The notes: a model not told the origin generated them from the sequence alone. A DNA stretch of 64,000 nt from Candidatus Latescibacterota bacterium (GCA_965223905.1 CBDCXV010000010.1:1408001-1472000), one strand, 5' to 3'; positions 19,392-30,060 are shown, counted from the stretch's first letter. Made by a program: numbers and translations.

Positions 19392-21344
19392 TCAACAAGC
19401 CCGTCTCTCAGTGACTCGAGACTTGGCGGGTCAAGTTCGGCATCCGCGATAAGACGCGGCAACTGCCAACTTAGGCCGCCAACACTACCTTTCTTTTCTT
19501 TCGTCCGGCTCAGTGTCTGACAAAGCTGCTCGATTGAGAGATCTCGGGGAAACAATCGCAACACGCCGCCTACCGCAATTTTGTCCGGCCACAGATCCTC
19601 AGCAGCCACTACGTCGGCCGCGATGTCCCTTAGCCTGGGATCCCTGATTGCCACCATCGCATCGACAGCAAATAACCGCTCGCCTGTGGACGCATGAACC
19701 TCACGGGCAACGTCGTGCGCGATGTCAGCGCAATCAACAATGCGTCCCGCCTCAATGAGATAAAGGAGTGTCTTCCGGACCTCGACGTTTTCGATACCCA
19801 TTCCCCAAAGCTGAGTGATGCAGTCTGCCAATTCAGGCGATGCAAAACGATGTACTTGGATCTGTGGTACGCTCAATTCACGGCGTCCACCTTGACCATA
19901 TCGATCCACATAGGCACGTAGTGCTTGGTTTCGCTGGGTTTGGGAAAGAGCCTCCGGGTCACCTTCATCAAGTAGCACTGCAGATTCGTTGTCCCGGAGC
20001 ATTTCGAACATTCCACGCTCTGCGAACGCCAACCAACCAGCGATCGGTCGTTTTGATGGACGGACAATCGTCTTGCCTTTGGTTTCCGCGAAGATCAGCC
20101 GTTTGAGAGCCCGAAACGACATGCCCCGATCGCGGAGCGTCCGAATACGTTCTGCTGCCAAATATTCAACTACGGAACGATGATGAAAACGCACCCGACC
20201 ATAGGAGGCAAAACCGAAAAGGGGTCGCTCAAGTAGAGCTTTTCGTTCAGTTGGGTTCCAGTCCGGCAGTATGATTGCCGGATCTAGGGCGGCTTCATCC
20301 TCATTGACGTCTGACGCGGCGCTGTGCCGGATCGTCATTCGACGCGTAACCATCATGGCGAGGGCCAATCGGCTAGCCCCCTCAATGGCTCGCTCGACCG
20401 ACAGCTCGGCGGGTTCGGGCCTGTCGTCCCGCGGCTGTAGTTTCACTCGCACATTTGCAGCCACCTGATCACGATGAGTTCGGATACGCTTGAATTCGCC
20501 CCAATCCGCGCATAACTCGATTAGGTCCTGCGGGCGCCGCGCGAATTCCTGTCCGTTCCTTCTCTCCAAGTCCTCCAGCAATGCCGTAGGATCCTCGACA
20601 CCTTGAATTCTCGCGAACTCCAGAATCTGTGCATCCGATAAGGGCATAAGCGCGACCGTGCGCCAATCCGGAGCGGCGGAATCATCCATGTCCCCAACTC
20701 GCCGGGTCTGGTGATCCCGCATTGCAATTTTCGCGAAGGTCTCTTCACTCGGTTCTGTCGAAGGCGCCGGAGGAATGGGCAGCAGACGGCGCACAAGCTG
20801 TTCGTCGAATGGGATCGGCCGGGTCGTTATGATGATCCGGGACTGTCGGAGCTTGCTACCAATCACCCTTTTCAAACGTTTGAGAGCTAGCTCAAACGAA
20901 CCGAGGCTCAGTCTCAGTTCGTCGATCGAATCTAGGAAGAACGTCGCAACGTCGGATTGCGAAGAAAGCCAGGCGTCCAGCCGCTCTTCCTCATCGTGGT
21001 CTAGTAGGCTTCGGATATCTCCCGCCCCCAAGCTCGCCAGTTCAACGAAGAACGCGGGTTCACCGGCATCCCACAGTTGCTGCGCTTGTTTACGGCATTC
21101 ATACGTCTTGCCCGCGCCAGCCTCTGAGATCATCAGAACACGCTTGGAGCGCAGTAGGTCTTGCCATGTTGTCCCGCTCGACCAACCTAGACTGACCAAG
21201 AACGACTGCTGACCTGCCTCGCTGAGTTTGCCCTCAGGGATATTCTGGAATGTTCTTTCGAGCATCAGCTTCGCGTGGTTTCACAGGGTTTCGGCTATGG
21301 CAACACAGGGCTCTGCTTGGTAATGTCTCAGTATGAAATGCTGC

Positions 21345-21722
21345 TCAGCAGCGGACCAGAATGATGATAACAGCCCCTACGGCGATGCTGGCATAGATGG
21401 CGAAGTGCGAGGCAGGGATAGCCTTCTTCGATATGGCGGGCGCCCGTTCTGGTTGTACTGTGGCGCAAAACCGGCAGGTGCCTGCTTGGACATGAATCCG
21501 TTCGTGACATGCGGGGCATCGTTTCCCGGCTGCGAAAGCAAGGGCCACTCCCACCGGGCCAGCGAACAGCCCGATGAAAAAGCACACGAAAGCGATGTCG
21601 GAGTTGCTTCGGTTGCGGGCGATGACGGCGGCGGCAATAGCGCAGGTCAGGATCAGCACGAACAGCACGTACCCCATGAAGCCCGCTTGAGCGAGGGCTA
21701 CTAAAAATTCGAGTTTTTCCAC
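21345..21722 (-). CDS. Small membrane protein with zinc ribbon
   Basis: Hydrophobic segments flanking KRCPACHERIHVQAGTCRFC; GGAGG RBS before GTG. Confidence 0.65.
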   Translation of the reverse strand: MEKLEFLVALAQAGFMGYVLFVLILTCAIAAAVIARNRSNSDIAFVCFFIGLFAGPVGVALAFAAGKRCPACHERIHVQAGTCRFCATVQPERAPAISKKAIPASHFAIYASIAVGAVIIILVRC

Positions 21723-21738
21723 GGGGGTCCCTCCGATC

Positions 21739-23313
21739 GGGTGTCTTAGCTGATTGTTACGGTTTCGGTGGTTGTTTTTAGGTTTTCTCGGTACTGCTGA
21801 AAGACCCGGTCAAGCGTTCCATTGTACAAGGCGCAGCGCAGGGCCAGAATGGCGTTGCTGTTTTCCTTATACCACCAAGCGCCCGACCGTTTCAGACGAA
21901 CGTGGCCGATGAAGCGATGCGCCGATTCGATCGCCCCCGACCCGATCGGGTATCCGCCCTTGCGATGGCTGCCGAAATCGACCTGGTGCAGTCGCTTTTG
22001 CAGGTAGGTCAAGGCCGTGCCGATGGCCTCTCCGGCCTCTTCCGAGAGCGGCTGCATGCGCTGCAGACCCCAGACCACGCCGCTGCCCTCGCCGCAGAAC
22101 AGGCGCGCCAGGGTCGCTTCCAGCCAATGGGCAGCACGCGCCGCATCGGCGCCGTATTGGGCCTCGGCCACCGCGTGCAGGTAGCTGCTGCAATGGTAGT
22201 AGTCGAGGATCTGACGGGCGCTCGGGAACAGCTCTTCCACCCACTTCCAGATCCACGGAGCGCCATCTCCGATGGCACACAAGCGCACCTGATCCTCCGG
22301 GATCAGCCCCGCCTCCTTGACCTGGCGCAAGGCCGCGCCGAAGGCCTGTTCGTTGCCCATCTGGTGCCAGGAGATCAGCTGCTCGATGCGCTCATCGTCT
22401 ATCAGGTAGAAGCGAAAGCCCTTGGCTTCGTGGTATTCCCCCTGCCAACGCCTTCGCCGAGCCCGGCTCTTCTTGCGTCCGGGACGGGTGCCTTTGGCGG
22501 TCTGGGGACGACTGGGCACGTCGGCCGCGTCGATGGCCAACACCACGATCGGCCGCCACTTGCGACCGGCGGCGGCTTGCGCAATGCGATCCTGGATATC
22601 GGCCGCGTCCGGACACACCTGCAGCACGTCCAACGACCCGGTCTGTTGCAGCACCTCGTGAATCACACAATCGCTCATCGACGCGTCGGTGAGCTCGTCC
22701 AACAGTTCGGCGGCGCGCCGGTGGGGCATCTCCAGCCCCAGCTTGACCCCGGCCTGCTGCACGTCCCACTGCTTGCGCTGCGCCGACAGGCCCAGGGCCT
22801 CGTCCAGCGGATAGAACCCGTGGTGACAGCCAACGCAGTAGAAATAGGGACGCTCCAAGGTCACCGGCCCGAGCAGCGTCTCCACCGTGCGCGAGCGAGA
22901 CGGGCGCGCTCGCAGCAGGCCTTTGCACTTGGGGCAGGCCGCCTCTTCCTGGGCCAGGAAATGGCCGTGGCGGCGTTCGACGAAGGCTTCCACCAAGGCC
23001 GCGGTGAGCCCGGAGCGCTCTTGAGACATCGCCGCGGTGATCTCCATCAACGTCGGCGCACAAGATCCGCGCTCGCTCATTTGCGTCTCCACCCGATCCA
23101 GCCATTGGTCCAAGGCTTCATGCGCCCGGCTTCGAAAGCGGTCCTGACTCTGCCGCTCCTGAAAAACTTCCAGAGAGAGAATCGCACTCATCGCTCCCCT
23201 TCTTTCTGAAATCAGGGGAGCGCGCCGCAGGGGATGCGGAAAAAGAAAGCAACTTACTGTAAAATATACACATACGCACCTGAATTGCGCTATAACAATT
23301 ACTTAAGACGCCC
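21739..23313 (-). mobile_element. ISKra4/ISLre2-type (IS256 superfamily) insertion sequence
   Basis: IRs GGGTGTCTTAGCTGATTGTTAC and GGGCGTCTTAAGTAATTGTTAT (reverse complement); no target duplication visible. Confidence 0.85.
21746..23191 (-). CDS. ISKra4-family transposase
   Basis: CPKC and RPYFYC zinc motifs, GDGAPWIW, LDYYH, PIGSGAIESAHR. Confidence 0.9.
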   Translation of the reverse strand: MSAILSLEVFQERQSQDRFRSRAHEALDQWLDRVETQMSERGSCAPTLMEITAAMSQERSGLTAALVEAFVERRHGHFLAQEEAACPKCKGLLRARPSRSRTVETLLGPVTLERPYFYCVGCHHGFYPLDEALGLSAQRKQWDVQQAGVKLGLEMPHRRAAELLDELTDASMSDCVIHEVLQQTGSLDVLQVCPDAADIQDRIAQAAAGRKWRPIVVLAIDAADVPSRPQTAKGTRPGRKKSRARRRRWQGEYHEAKGFRFYLIDDERIEQLISWHQMGNEQAFGAALRQVKEAGLIPEDQVRLCAIGDGAPWIWKWVEELFPSARQILDYYHCSSYLHAVAEAQYGADAARAAHWLEATLARLFCGEGSGVVWGLQRMQPLSEEAGEAIGTALTYLQKRLHQVDFGSHRKGGYPIGSGAIESAHRFIGHVRLKRSGAWWYKENSNAILALRCALYNGTLDRVFQQYRENLKTTTETVTIS

Positions 23314-23731
23314 GTCCTCGCAGTTCGGAAAGAACGTCCGGCATCGCGTTCGGGTCATCCTCCCTCACTATCGTCATAAGCGATCGCACGATGATGTTGT
23401 CGGGCAAAGTTTGGTTCAATTCTTCGCAGGTGGTGATTTCTGGCCATCTGAAATTGCCTTGCAGCCGAATGGCTATGGTGTCCGCGTACAGATTGGCGGT
23501 GTCTGGCTCGAACTTGTTGGAGGCGAGGTGACAGTACCCTAAGAAGAGGTGAACTCCCAGCCAGAAATCTGGCAAGGTTCGAGAAGTATCCTTCGAAGTT
23601 GCCCACACAGAACGAGAAGGGACCTTCCATCGAACCCCATCCGGTCCGGCACGGGTCGAGCTCCCAGGGGGAAAGGCGAGTTCAGGATTGGCTTCTCGAT
23701 GAGAGTGGGGTCCATTCATAAGGTCAGTCAC
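23314..23731 (-). pseudogene. Hypothetical gene downstream of mcrC, 3'-truncated by the IS
   Basis: GTGA overlap with the mcrC stop; the reading frame runs into the IS inverted repeat. Confidence 0.5.
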
Positions 23732-25086
23732 ACCTGCGCAGAAGCTCGCTGCTGCTGCTGAGCAATGTTCTCGAACGACTCATCGATGATGGTCGCTAGG
23801 CCGTCGCATAACGGCATCTCTCCGGTGCCAGCCGTCAACTCCTTCAGTAGTGACTCGATCGGCAGGCCAATACCGACGATTTCCGCTCCTGCTCCGCCGG
23901 ACAACCGACGAATTCGAAGCCGCGTGCTTCTGGGCTCTCCAGCCGTCGCCGGATACAGCAGCAGGGATGTCGGCACCGCATCCGATGCCGTCGCCCCGAG
24001 GGCGAACGCATAGAGGAACGTCTGGTAGATGTCGCCCGGATCGAACCCGCGCTCATCGTACAGCTTGTACTTTGCGTCGATCGCCACCCGGCAACCCGAC
24101 TCTCCCCGCCGTTCGACCACGACATCCGGGATGATGCTCGTGTAAGGACGTTGGCTCGAGACATTCCACACGATGGATTTGAAAAGGATCTGAGACGTCA
24201 CGCGATACCGGGCCACCGGCAAGACCTGCTCGACGACTCGGGTCACAAAGCGCTCGAACAACTGGTTCATGTTCAGCAGAAACGAGAAAGACCGGATCTC
24301 ACCGGGCACGAACAGGTCATCGATGCCCAGAGCGTCGAGCAGCAGCCATCCCAACTGGTGGGCAGTCTCGTAGTGGGCGTTCAGTCGGTTGTAGGTCAAG
24401 GTCGTCCGCGCGCCCGCGAGGTCGAGCTGACCGGTATCGCATATCGGCTCGAGCACGCCCCGGAGCCGAAAGATGCGGCGCTGCAGTCCGACGGAGGTGA
24501 CCCGCGGAGACGCTACCTGCAGGGCCGCGGACAGCAACTGGTTCTCGACGACGTCGTGTTCCAACTCGTCGAAGCGGCAGATGATGCGGTCGAGTTGGCC
24601 GAATCGTTCGAGCACCTGGCGGTCTCCGAGAATCCGACCACGCGCCATCGGCAGGTCGTCCTCGCGTTCGTCATAGCCTGAGAGCAGGCCCTGCCGCAGG
24701 ACCCGCTCGCTGGCCTCAACGAAAAGCAGGGCGAAGAGCTCAAGCAGGCTGTCCCCGGAAGCCTGCAGAGTCACACCGTCACGAAGGCGGGTCAGCGCGT
24801 CGAGCCCCGACGCGTACTCGATTAGCCGCACCAGCCCGAGCACGTCGCCGGTCACCTTCGGTACGACCCGAATCTCGACGGTCGGCAGGCGCACGACGCC
24901 TACCCACGACCGGGTCCGAACGCGGAGCCCCTGCCGCAGCTCCTCGATCTGCAGCCGGTCGTCGGCCAAGGCCGACAACTTCTCGACAACGGCCCGGTCC
25001 TCCGGCGTCAGGGCGACATCGTGGTAGACTTCACTATTCCACTCGGTCAAGGTGTCCAGGAGCCGCACACCTTCCGGAGCAGTCAT
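23728..25086 (-). CDS. mcrC: McrC-family restriction nuclease subunit
   Basis: WVGVVRLP..EIRVVPK, NMNQLFERFV, IPDVVV...IDAKYK, DIYQTFLYA. Confidence 0.9.
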   Translation of the reverse strand: MTAPEGVRLLDTLTEWNSEVYHDVALTPEDRAVVEKLSALADDRLQIEELRQGLRVRTRSWVGVVRLPTVEIRVVPKVTGDVLGLVRLIEYASGLDALTRLRDGVTLQASGDSLLELFALLFVEASERVLRQGLLSGYDEREDDLPMARGRILGDRQVLERFGQLDRIICRFDELEHDVVENQLLSAALQVASPRVTSVGLQRRIFRLRGVLEPICDTGQLDLAGARTTLTYNRLNAHYETAHQLGWLLLDALGIDDLFVPGEIRSFSFLLNMNQLFERFVTRVVEQVLPVARYRVTSQILFKSIVWNVSSQRPYTSIIPDVVVERRGESGCRVAIDAKYKLYDERGFDPGDIYQTFLYAFALGATASDAVPTSLLLYPATAGEPRSTRLRIRRLSGGAGAEIVGIGLPIESLLKELTAGTGEMPLCDGLATIIDESFENIAQQQQRASAQV

Positions 25087-27638
25087 CCCGCCGAGACCCC
25101 GCCCTCACCGAATTCCCGCGCCAACGCCGCAACCAGTTGCCCGGCGTCGTCAACCTTCTCCCCGTCCAGCGTGCCGCCATCGGCATCGACCAGCTCACTG
25201 CCAATGAACTTCGCCAGCATCGCGTAGTCGTCGTAGCAGTACTCCTGTAGCAGCGGCAGAATTTCCTCCCGAAACCGGGCCGCGAATTCCTCGATCTCGT
25301 CCACCGGCTGGCCGTCAACCAGCAGATACGAATGACCGACTTGCTTCTCGCGCCCCTCGAATCTGGCGATCCGCTGGTTCAGCCCGTCGAGGAAGTCGTC
25401 GAGCGCGAGTTCACCGACTGCGGCGCCGTGCAGCAGCTCGGTATCGGGCATGCACTCGAGGAATGCGAAGCGCCGCCGCAGCGCGGCGTCGAGCAGTTTG
25501 ATGCTGCGATCAGCGGTATTCATGGTGCCGAGAAGAAACAAGTTTCGCGGAACGCTGAAGGTCTCCTTGCTCTGCGGCAGGGTCAGGGTGAGGCCACGCT
25601 TGTCTCGCTCGAGCAGCGTTAGCAGCTCACCCATGATTTTGGCGACGTTGCCACGGTTGATCTCGTCTATCAGCAGGAGGTATGGACGACCGGGATTCGC
25701 CTGGGCGACGCGGCAAACCCTCTTGAAGACGCCGTCTTCGAGCGCCAGCGACAACCCCCCAACGCCGCCGCCGTCCGGACGAAATCCCTCGATAAAGTCC
25801 TCGTACGTGTAGGACGGATGAAACGTAACGCGGGTCAGCGCGCCCACGCTGGCCGTCATGCCCGAATCGGCGTGCTTCAGGACGGCACGCCCCGGATGAC
25901 GTTCCGCCAGCTGCACGAGGAGGTGGTCGGCCTCCGTCTCCGTCAGCGCGAAGAGCGTACCCTGGTTGTTAAACCGCATCGGCTCACTCTGCGCCAGTAC
26001 TGCATCTTGAGTCAGCTCGTCATAACTCGGTCCTTGGTCGAGCTGCTCGACAGACTCCAGCTCAATCGTTGGTGGGTTGTCGCCGAAGCTCTGGAGTTCC
26101 CGACTCACACGTGCAAGAGCCATGATGCGCTTGTCGGGCGTACTCTGGTACCCGATCACCAGGTCACCTCGCTGTACCAGCGGATAGTTTCGTTTGAGGC
26201 GACCGTACCGATACTCGACCCTGCCGTCCCGAAAGAGCCGGTCCCAGCTCCACTCCTTCGGATTTGCCACTATCCACCACACCCGCGACGACACCTGGGA
26301 GGTCGAGAGCTCACGCTCCGCCTCTCCCAGCCGATCGGAATCGCCAAGCACCGCGTCGGCTCCCTCGCGCCCGTTCTGTTTCAACAACCACCAGACCGCG
26401 AACCGCCTGGCCTGGTAGGTCTTTCCTGTCCCCGGTGGCCCATACAAAATGAGCTGGCCCTTGCGCTCGAGGGCTGCCGCGATGCGGCCGTACACGGCAT
26501 CGACCACCACCGGTTCAAGCCCCTTGCCGCCCACGATCTTCTTCAGCAGCGTGTCAGGTACCTTCGCGACCGTTACGGTTGCCCAACCCTTCTGCGGCGT
26601 CACGCGTTGCTCGTAGGTCGTGTCCCATTTGACCGCCACGGTGTGCCGGTACTCGGGACGCTCATCCGCCCATCGATATCCCGGCTCGACAACCTCCCCC
26701 AGGGCAAGCACTTGGCCGACACCTCGATTGGCTACGACGAGGTCGCCGGGCTCCAGCTCGTAAAGAGCCCACAGCTCGTTGCCCTTCCGTCTAGCCTGTG
26801 CAAGGTGCCCGTTGTAGGGGAAAGCCTCCTCGAACCGAGCACGGAATGCCTCCTTCGATTCGAACTGCGAGAGATCCCCCACCTCGTCCCAACCGACGCA
26901 GATGTAGCCCTCTTGCAGGCAATCGTCCCAGAACTTCGCATTCTCTCCCGGCGCAATCTTCAACACTCGCCTCGTCTCACGCGGATCGCGCCAATTGTAG
27001 AGCAGCCGCTGCAGCTCCTCAGTGTTCCAGCCCTCCACGCCAGGTTCGCGCCGCAGCGCCTCAAGCAGGCAGCGATTCAGGGCCACCACCGACGACGCGT
27101 TTACCTCCTCCGCTGGGCGATCCAACGAACGCAGGAATTGTCGCAGGTGGGCGGTCGCGTAGACGGGCAGCACCTCGTCGGGGAAATACACGTGCAGGGA
27201 CTTCAACTTCACCGCCGGCCCGAGTGACAGGGTCTCAAGCTCGTCGATGCGTTCCCAGTCGCCACTCGTTGCCCATTCGAATGCCTGCAAGAACTCGCTC
27301 CGCAACCGCTCCCAAGCCTCCCTCTCGTTCGCAAACAGGTTCTTCGGAAAGTACCACCCTTCCCGGTTCCTCGGTTTGTAGATGATCAGCTTCCTGGCTG
27401 ATCCACCTTGGATGCTGCCCACCCACCGAGCCTTGTACTCCAGCCAGTAGCAGTAGGTGTCTTCCACCCCCGGCTGGCCCAGCGCGTAGTCCTCCAGCGT
27501 CATCTCTGGCCACTTGTCGAGTGGAAAGCGCTTCAGGATCTCGGCACGCTGCGATCGATACCCCTCGGCGGCAGGGTTTTTGGGTGATCGATCGAACTGC
27601 GCGATCACGTCGCTGAGTGTGAGGTTGCTCTTGATCAT
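25083..27638 (-). CDS. mcrB: McrB-family GTPase with multiple putative DNA-reader (EVE/PUA-like) domains
   Basis: GPPGTGKT, TFHPSYTYEDFIEG, LLIDEINRGN, GTMNTADRSI, LRRRF; EVE-like segments KIAPGENAKFW...GDLVVA and WWIVANPKEW...GDLVIGY. Confidence 0.92.
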   Translation of the reverse strand: MIKSNLTLSDVIAQFDRSPKNPAAEGYRSQRAEILKRFPLDKWPEMTLEDYALGQPGVEDTYCYWLEYKARWVGSIQGGSARKLIIYKPRNREGWYFPKNLFANEREAWERLRSEFLQAFEWATSGDWERIDELETLSLGPAVKLKSLHVYFPDEVLPVYATAHLRQFLRSLDRPAEEVNASSVVALNRCLLEALRREPGVEGWNTEELQRLLYNWRDPRETRRVLKIAPGENAKFWDDCLQEGYICVGWDEVGDLSQFESKEAFRARFEEAFPYNGHLAQARRKGNELWALYELEPGDLVVANRGVGQVLALGEVVEPGYRWADERPEYRHTVAVKWDTTYEQRVTPQKGWATVTVAKVPDTLLKKIVGGKGLEPVVVDAVYGRIAAALERKGQLILYGPPGTGKTYQARRFAVWWLLKQNGREGADAVLGDSDRLGEAERELSTSQVSSRVWWIVANPKEWSWDRLFRDGRVEYRYGRLKRNYPLVQRGDLVIGYQSTPDKRIMALARVSRELQSFGDNPPTIELESVEQLDQGPSYDELTQDAVLAQSEPMRFNNQGTLFALTETEADHLLVQLAERHPGRAVLKHADSGMTASVGALTRVTFHPSYTYEDFIEGFRPDGGGVGGLSLALEDGVFKRVCRVAQANPGRPYLLLIDEINRGNVAKIMGELLTLLERDKRGLTLTLPQSKETFSVPRNLFLLGTMNTADRSIKLLDAALRRRFAFLECMPDTELLHGAAVGELALDDFLDGLNQRIARFEGREKQVGHSYLLVDGQPVDEIEEFAARFREEILPLLQEYCYDDYAMLAKFIGSELVDADGGTLDGEKVDDAGQLVAALAREFGEGGVSAG

Positions 27639-27659
27639 TGCAGGCGGATTATCACCTGT

Positions 27660-28403
27660 CTACATAACGCTTGCAAGTCTTACGGTGAGCTCTGCGTGAT
27701 GACGGCTTAGCCATTGCTTGCCTCGCTCCATTTCAGGACAAAGGCTCTGAACGGTCAACCAAAACTTCGCCGAATGATCCGGGACTACCAGATGCACGGC
27801 CTCGTGCGCAACGAGGTAACTGAGTACGAAATCAGGCGCGAGAATGAGGCGCCAGTTGAAGGACAGATTCCTTCGGGCCGAGCAGTTGCCCCACTTCGTG
27901 CGCTGACCCATCACGTAGACGGCTCGGGTTCCTGTCTAATGCGGGCGGTCACCAAAGGCAGGTAGTCCGCAATGGCCGAGCGCGCCTGTCCCCTAAGCCA
28001 GTTCTCGAGACCGCGCACCGCCGGCGTTTGCGTTTCCGGCCCGCGGCAAACGACGATCTCCCCGCCGCTCCATGCGACGCGGTTTCCGCGCGCCTTGGTG
28101 TCGACGAACTCAACACGCACCGGGGTCCGTTCTCCGCGATACAGGATTTCGCCGGACTGCCGCCGCACCGGCTTCCTTAGCGCACGAAGACTCGCCACCC
28201 GGTCGAGCTGGGCGAGCACCCAGCTCTCGTTCCGGCGCAGGAACCCCGACACGTCCCTGCCGCTCGCACCCACAGGTTGCACTACCTCGACGCCGCCTGG
28301 ACCGACCCGAATGCGGGTCTGCCAGGGCGGCCTTGGAGACGACCACGTCGTAATCCACGAGGCTGCCGCGCAGCACTATCCGCTGGTGCGGTACGGCCTT
28401 CAT
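27660..28403 (-). pseudogene. YgjP/DUF45 (M48-like) metallopeptidase with two frameshifts
   Basis: Three frames join into one protein ending QRTKWGNCS...NWRL...YLVAHEAVHL...HSAKFW; breaks near 28320 and 27920. Confidence 0.8.
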
Positions 28404-28522
28404 TCGTCAGATACCCCGTCCGACTTGGCCAACTCCTCGACTGCCGGCTTCAGGAACGGAGGGTCTTCGGCGCTCGTGTCGAAACCCAGCCGTGCGTAGG
28501 GTGGGTTCCACGACTCCGCCAT
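28400..28522 (-). pseudogene. 3' remnant of a truncated upstream gene (possibly a type I RM HsdR tail)
   Basis: 40-codon frame ...PYARLGFDTSAEDPPFLKPAVEELAK... whose stop overlaps the ygjP ATG; begins exactly at an IS91-like fragment; HsdR is inferred from context only. Confidence 0.4.
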
Positions 28523-28577
28523 AAGGATTTTGGCCGGTTTCAGGGGTCAACCTGGTAATTGGAGGGCGCACGCCTCC
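28523..28577 (-). repeat. Fragment of the IS91-like sub-terminal repeat
   Basis: Reverse complement GGAGGCGTGCGCCCTCCAATTACCAGGTTGACCCCTGAAACCGGCCAAAATCCTT aligns with 57200-57253 and its 51.7-kb twin. Confidence 0.75.
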
Positions 28578-28609
28578 GCGATCCTGCCGATATCAGCCTG
28601 GCATACGCC

Positions 28610-30016
28610 TTACTCGCCTGCGGCCCCCACCAAGTCCCAATTCTCGGGAACGCCTTCGCGTAGAAGCTTAAACAGCGACCTCCGAGCGAGGTCGAAACCC
28701 GTGACGAACACCGCGGCGTTTCTGAACGGGGACGCATCGCCCGAACCGCTGTGAACGACAACCGAGCGGGCCTCATACAGATTCCTGACGCTCTCCATAA
28801 TCCTTTGGCGATCATCCGCGTCGGTTCCGAGAAAGCCGGCCACCCTCTTTTCCAACTTGCGTAGTTTCTTCCACTTCGGCAGTTCGTACATACCTTCGAG
28901 CGCGATCGCCACGTCGACCACCTTGTCGCGTATTGCAACCCGCCCATTTCGTCCAAGCGCTTCGGACAGGCGCTCGACGAAGGGCGCCATCCTCCGGTAA
29001 CGTGCGCTCTGGCGGTTTCCGAAAGCCTCCCGTGCCTCGTCGAGCGCCGCCGGTCGCAGCACCGGGCACTCGGCGAACCCGTTGATGCCATCCGCCCGCC
29101 ACTTCTGGTACACGCCCGGCCCCGGTCGCCCCCGCCCCAAAAGGCGCGCCGCCGACCCGTCGATGCAATTCGATATCGTTGCAAGCGGCAGCACCGGCGC
29201 TGCATGGCTCACTGCCAGCAGGTCCAGGAAGGTACCCGCCTCCGGGAAAAACGGCGCCCGCGGGCTCCCTATGGGTTCGTTCACGCTGCCACTTCGCCGA
29301 AATGCCGGCCGCCACCGGAACGGCCTGATCACTGCGCCCACCGAGCGCCACCCGTGGAAGCCGGCACCCGACGGGGCGAGCTCTTCCACCATCTCCTGGT
29401 CCACGAACCGCCCAACTTCCCCGAACGGAAGGATCACCATGCCGTCTTCGACGTCGATCCTTTCCGTCACCGTCAAGCCGTAGAACAGCAACGCGTCGCA
29501 ACCCTCGTCGAGATTGCCCAGCACTTCCGCCGCCTCGCCATCCCCGGCCGGGGAGAGGAAAGCGTTCAGTTCCCCCGCCGCCGCCCGAATGCCGTCGCCG
29601 GACAGCTCCGCGGCCCGCGCCATCAGCCCCGCGATCAGATCCCCGGCCGAGATGGACGTCCCGGAATTCACCATCCGCATCCAGAAATCGTTCTCGCCCA
29701 CGATCCGCCCCGCCACCGCCACCCGCTCCAGTTCGGGATGGGACAGCAGTGCGTGGCGCGCCGGATCGAGCATCGCCCGAAGAGGCGCGTACTCGGCCTC
29801 TCTGCCGAAGGTCCTGCTGTAGCGCGCCTCTGCATAGACCATTCGCAGGTCGTCCAGCGGAAACGGCGTCTCGTCCCGCCCATTGACGATTACCAGCTTG
29901 CGCGGATTGTGCTGCCAATACGCCTGCAGGTAGGGCTCCTGCGCTTGCGCCAGCGCCCGAACAGCCGCCGTCACGCGGTCGATCCAACCATCAGCGTCGA
30001 ACGCCTTCGAGGTCAT
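28610..30016 (-). CDS. HEPN-domain protein (Apea-like HEPN)
   Basis: C-terminal DVAIALEGMY...LYEARSVVVHSG, an Rx4H HEPN motif with upstream E; 468 aa. Confidence 0.75.
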   Translation of the reverse strand: MTSKAFDADGWIDRVTAAVRALAQAQEPYLQAYWQHNPRKLVIVNGRDETPFPLDDLRMVYAEARYSRTFGREAEYAPLRAMLDPARHALLSHPELERVAVAGRIVGENDFWMRMVNSGTSISAGDLIAGLMARAAELSGDGIRAAAGELNAFLSPAGDGEAAEVLGNLDEGCDALLFYGLTVTERIDVEDGMVILPFGEVGRFVDQEMVEELAPSGAGFHGWRSVGAVIRPFRWRPAFRRSGSVNEPIGSPRAPFFPEAGTFLDLLAVSHAAPVLPLATISNCIDGSAARLLGRGRPGPGVYQKWRADGINGFAECPVLRPAALDEAREAFGNRQSARYRRMAPFVERLSEALGRNGRVAIRDKVVDVAIALEGMYELPKWKKLRKLEKRVAGFLGTDADDRQRIMESVRNLYEARSVVVHSGSGDASPFRNAAVFVTGFDLARRSLFKLLREGVPENWDLVGAAGE

Positions 30017-30060
30017 CCCCGCATACCCTGTTCTTCAGCTCCATGGAATCGGGAGCAACG

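Larger units (their letters stand above)
15404..21265 (-). pseudogene. STAND/NACHT-like NTPase with C-terminal PD-(D/E)xK-like nuclease, split by IS1380 and one frameshift
   Basis: Walker A SEAGAGKT, Walker B FFLDSIDE. Removing the IS and one target copy restores ...LRDGLVELLSAGLHW. A +1 frameshift lies at ~16650. C-terminal ESRTDIRL...VIELK; reconstructed ~1435 aa. Confidence 0.8.
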
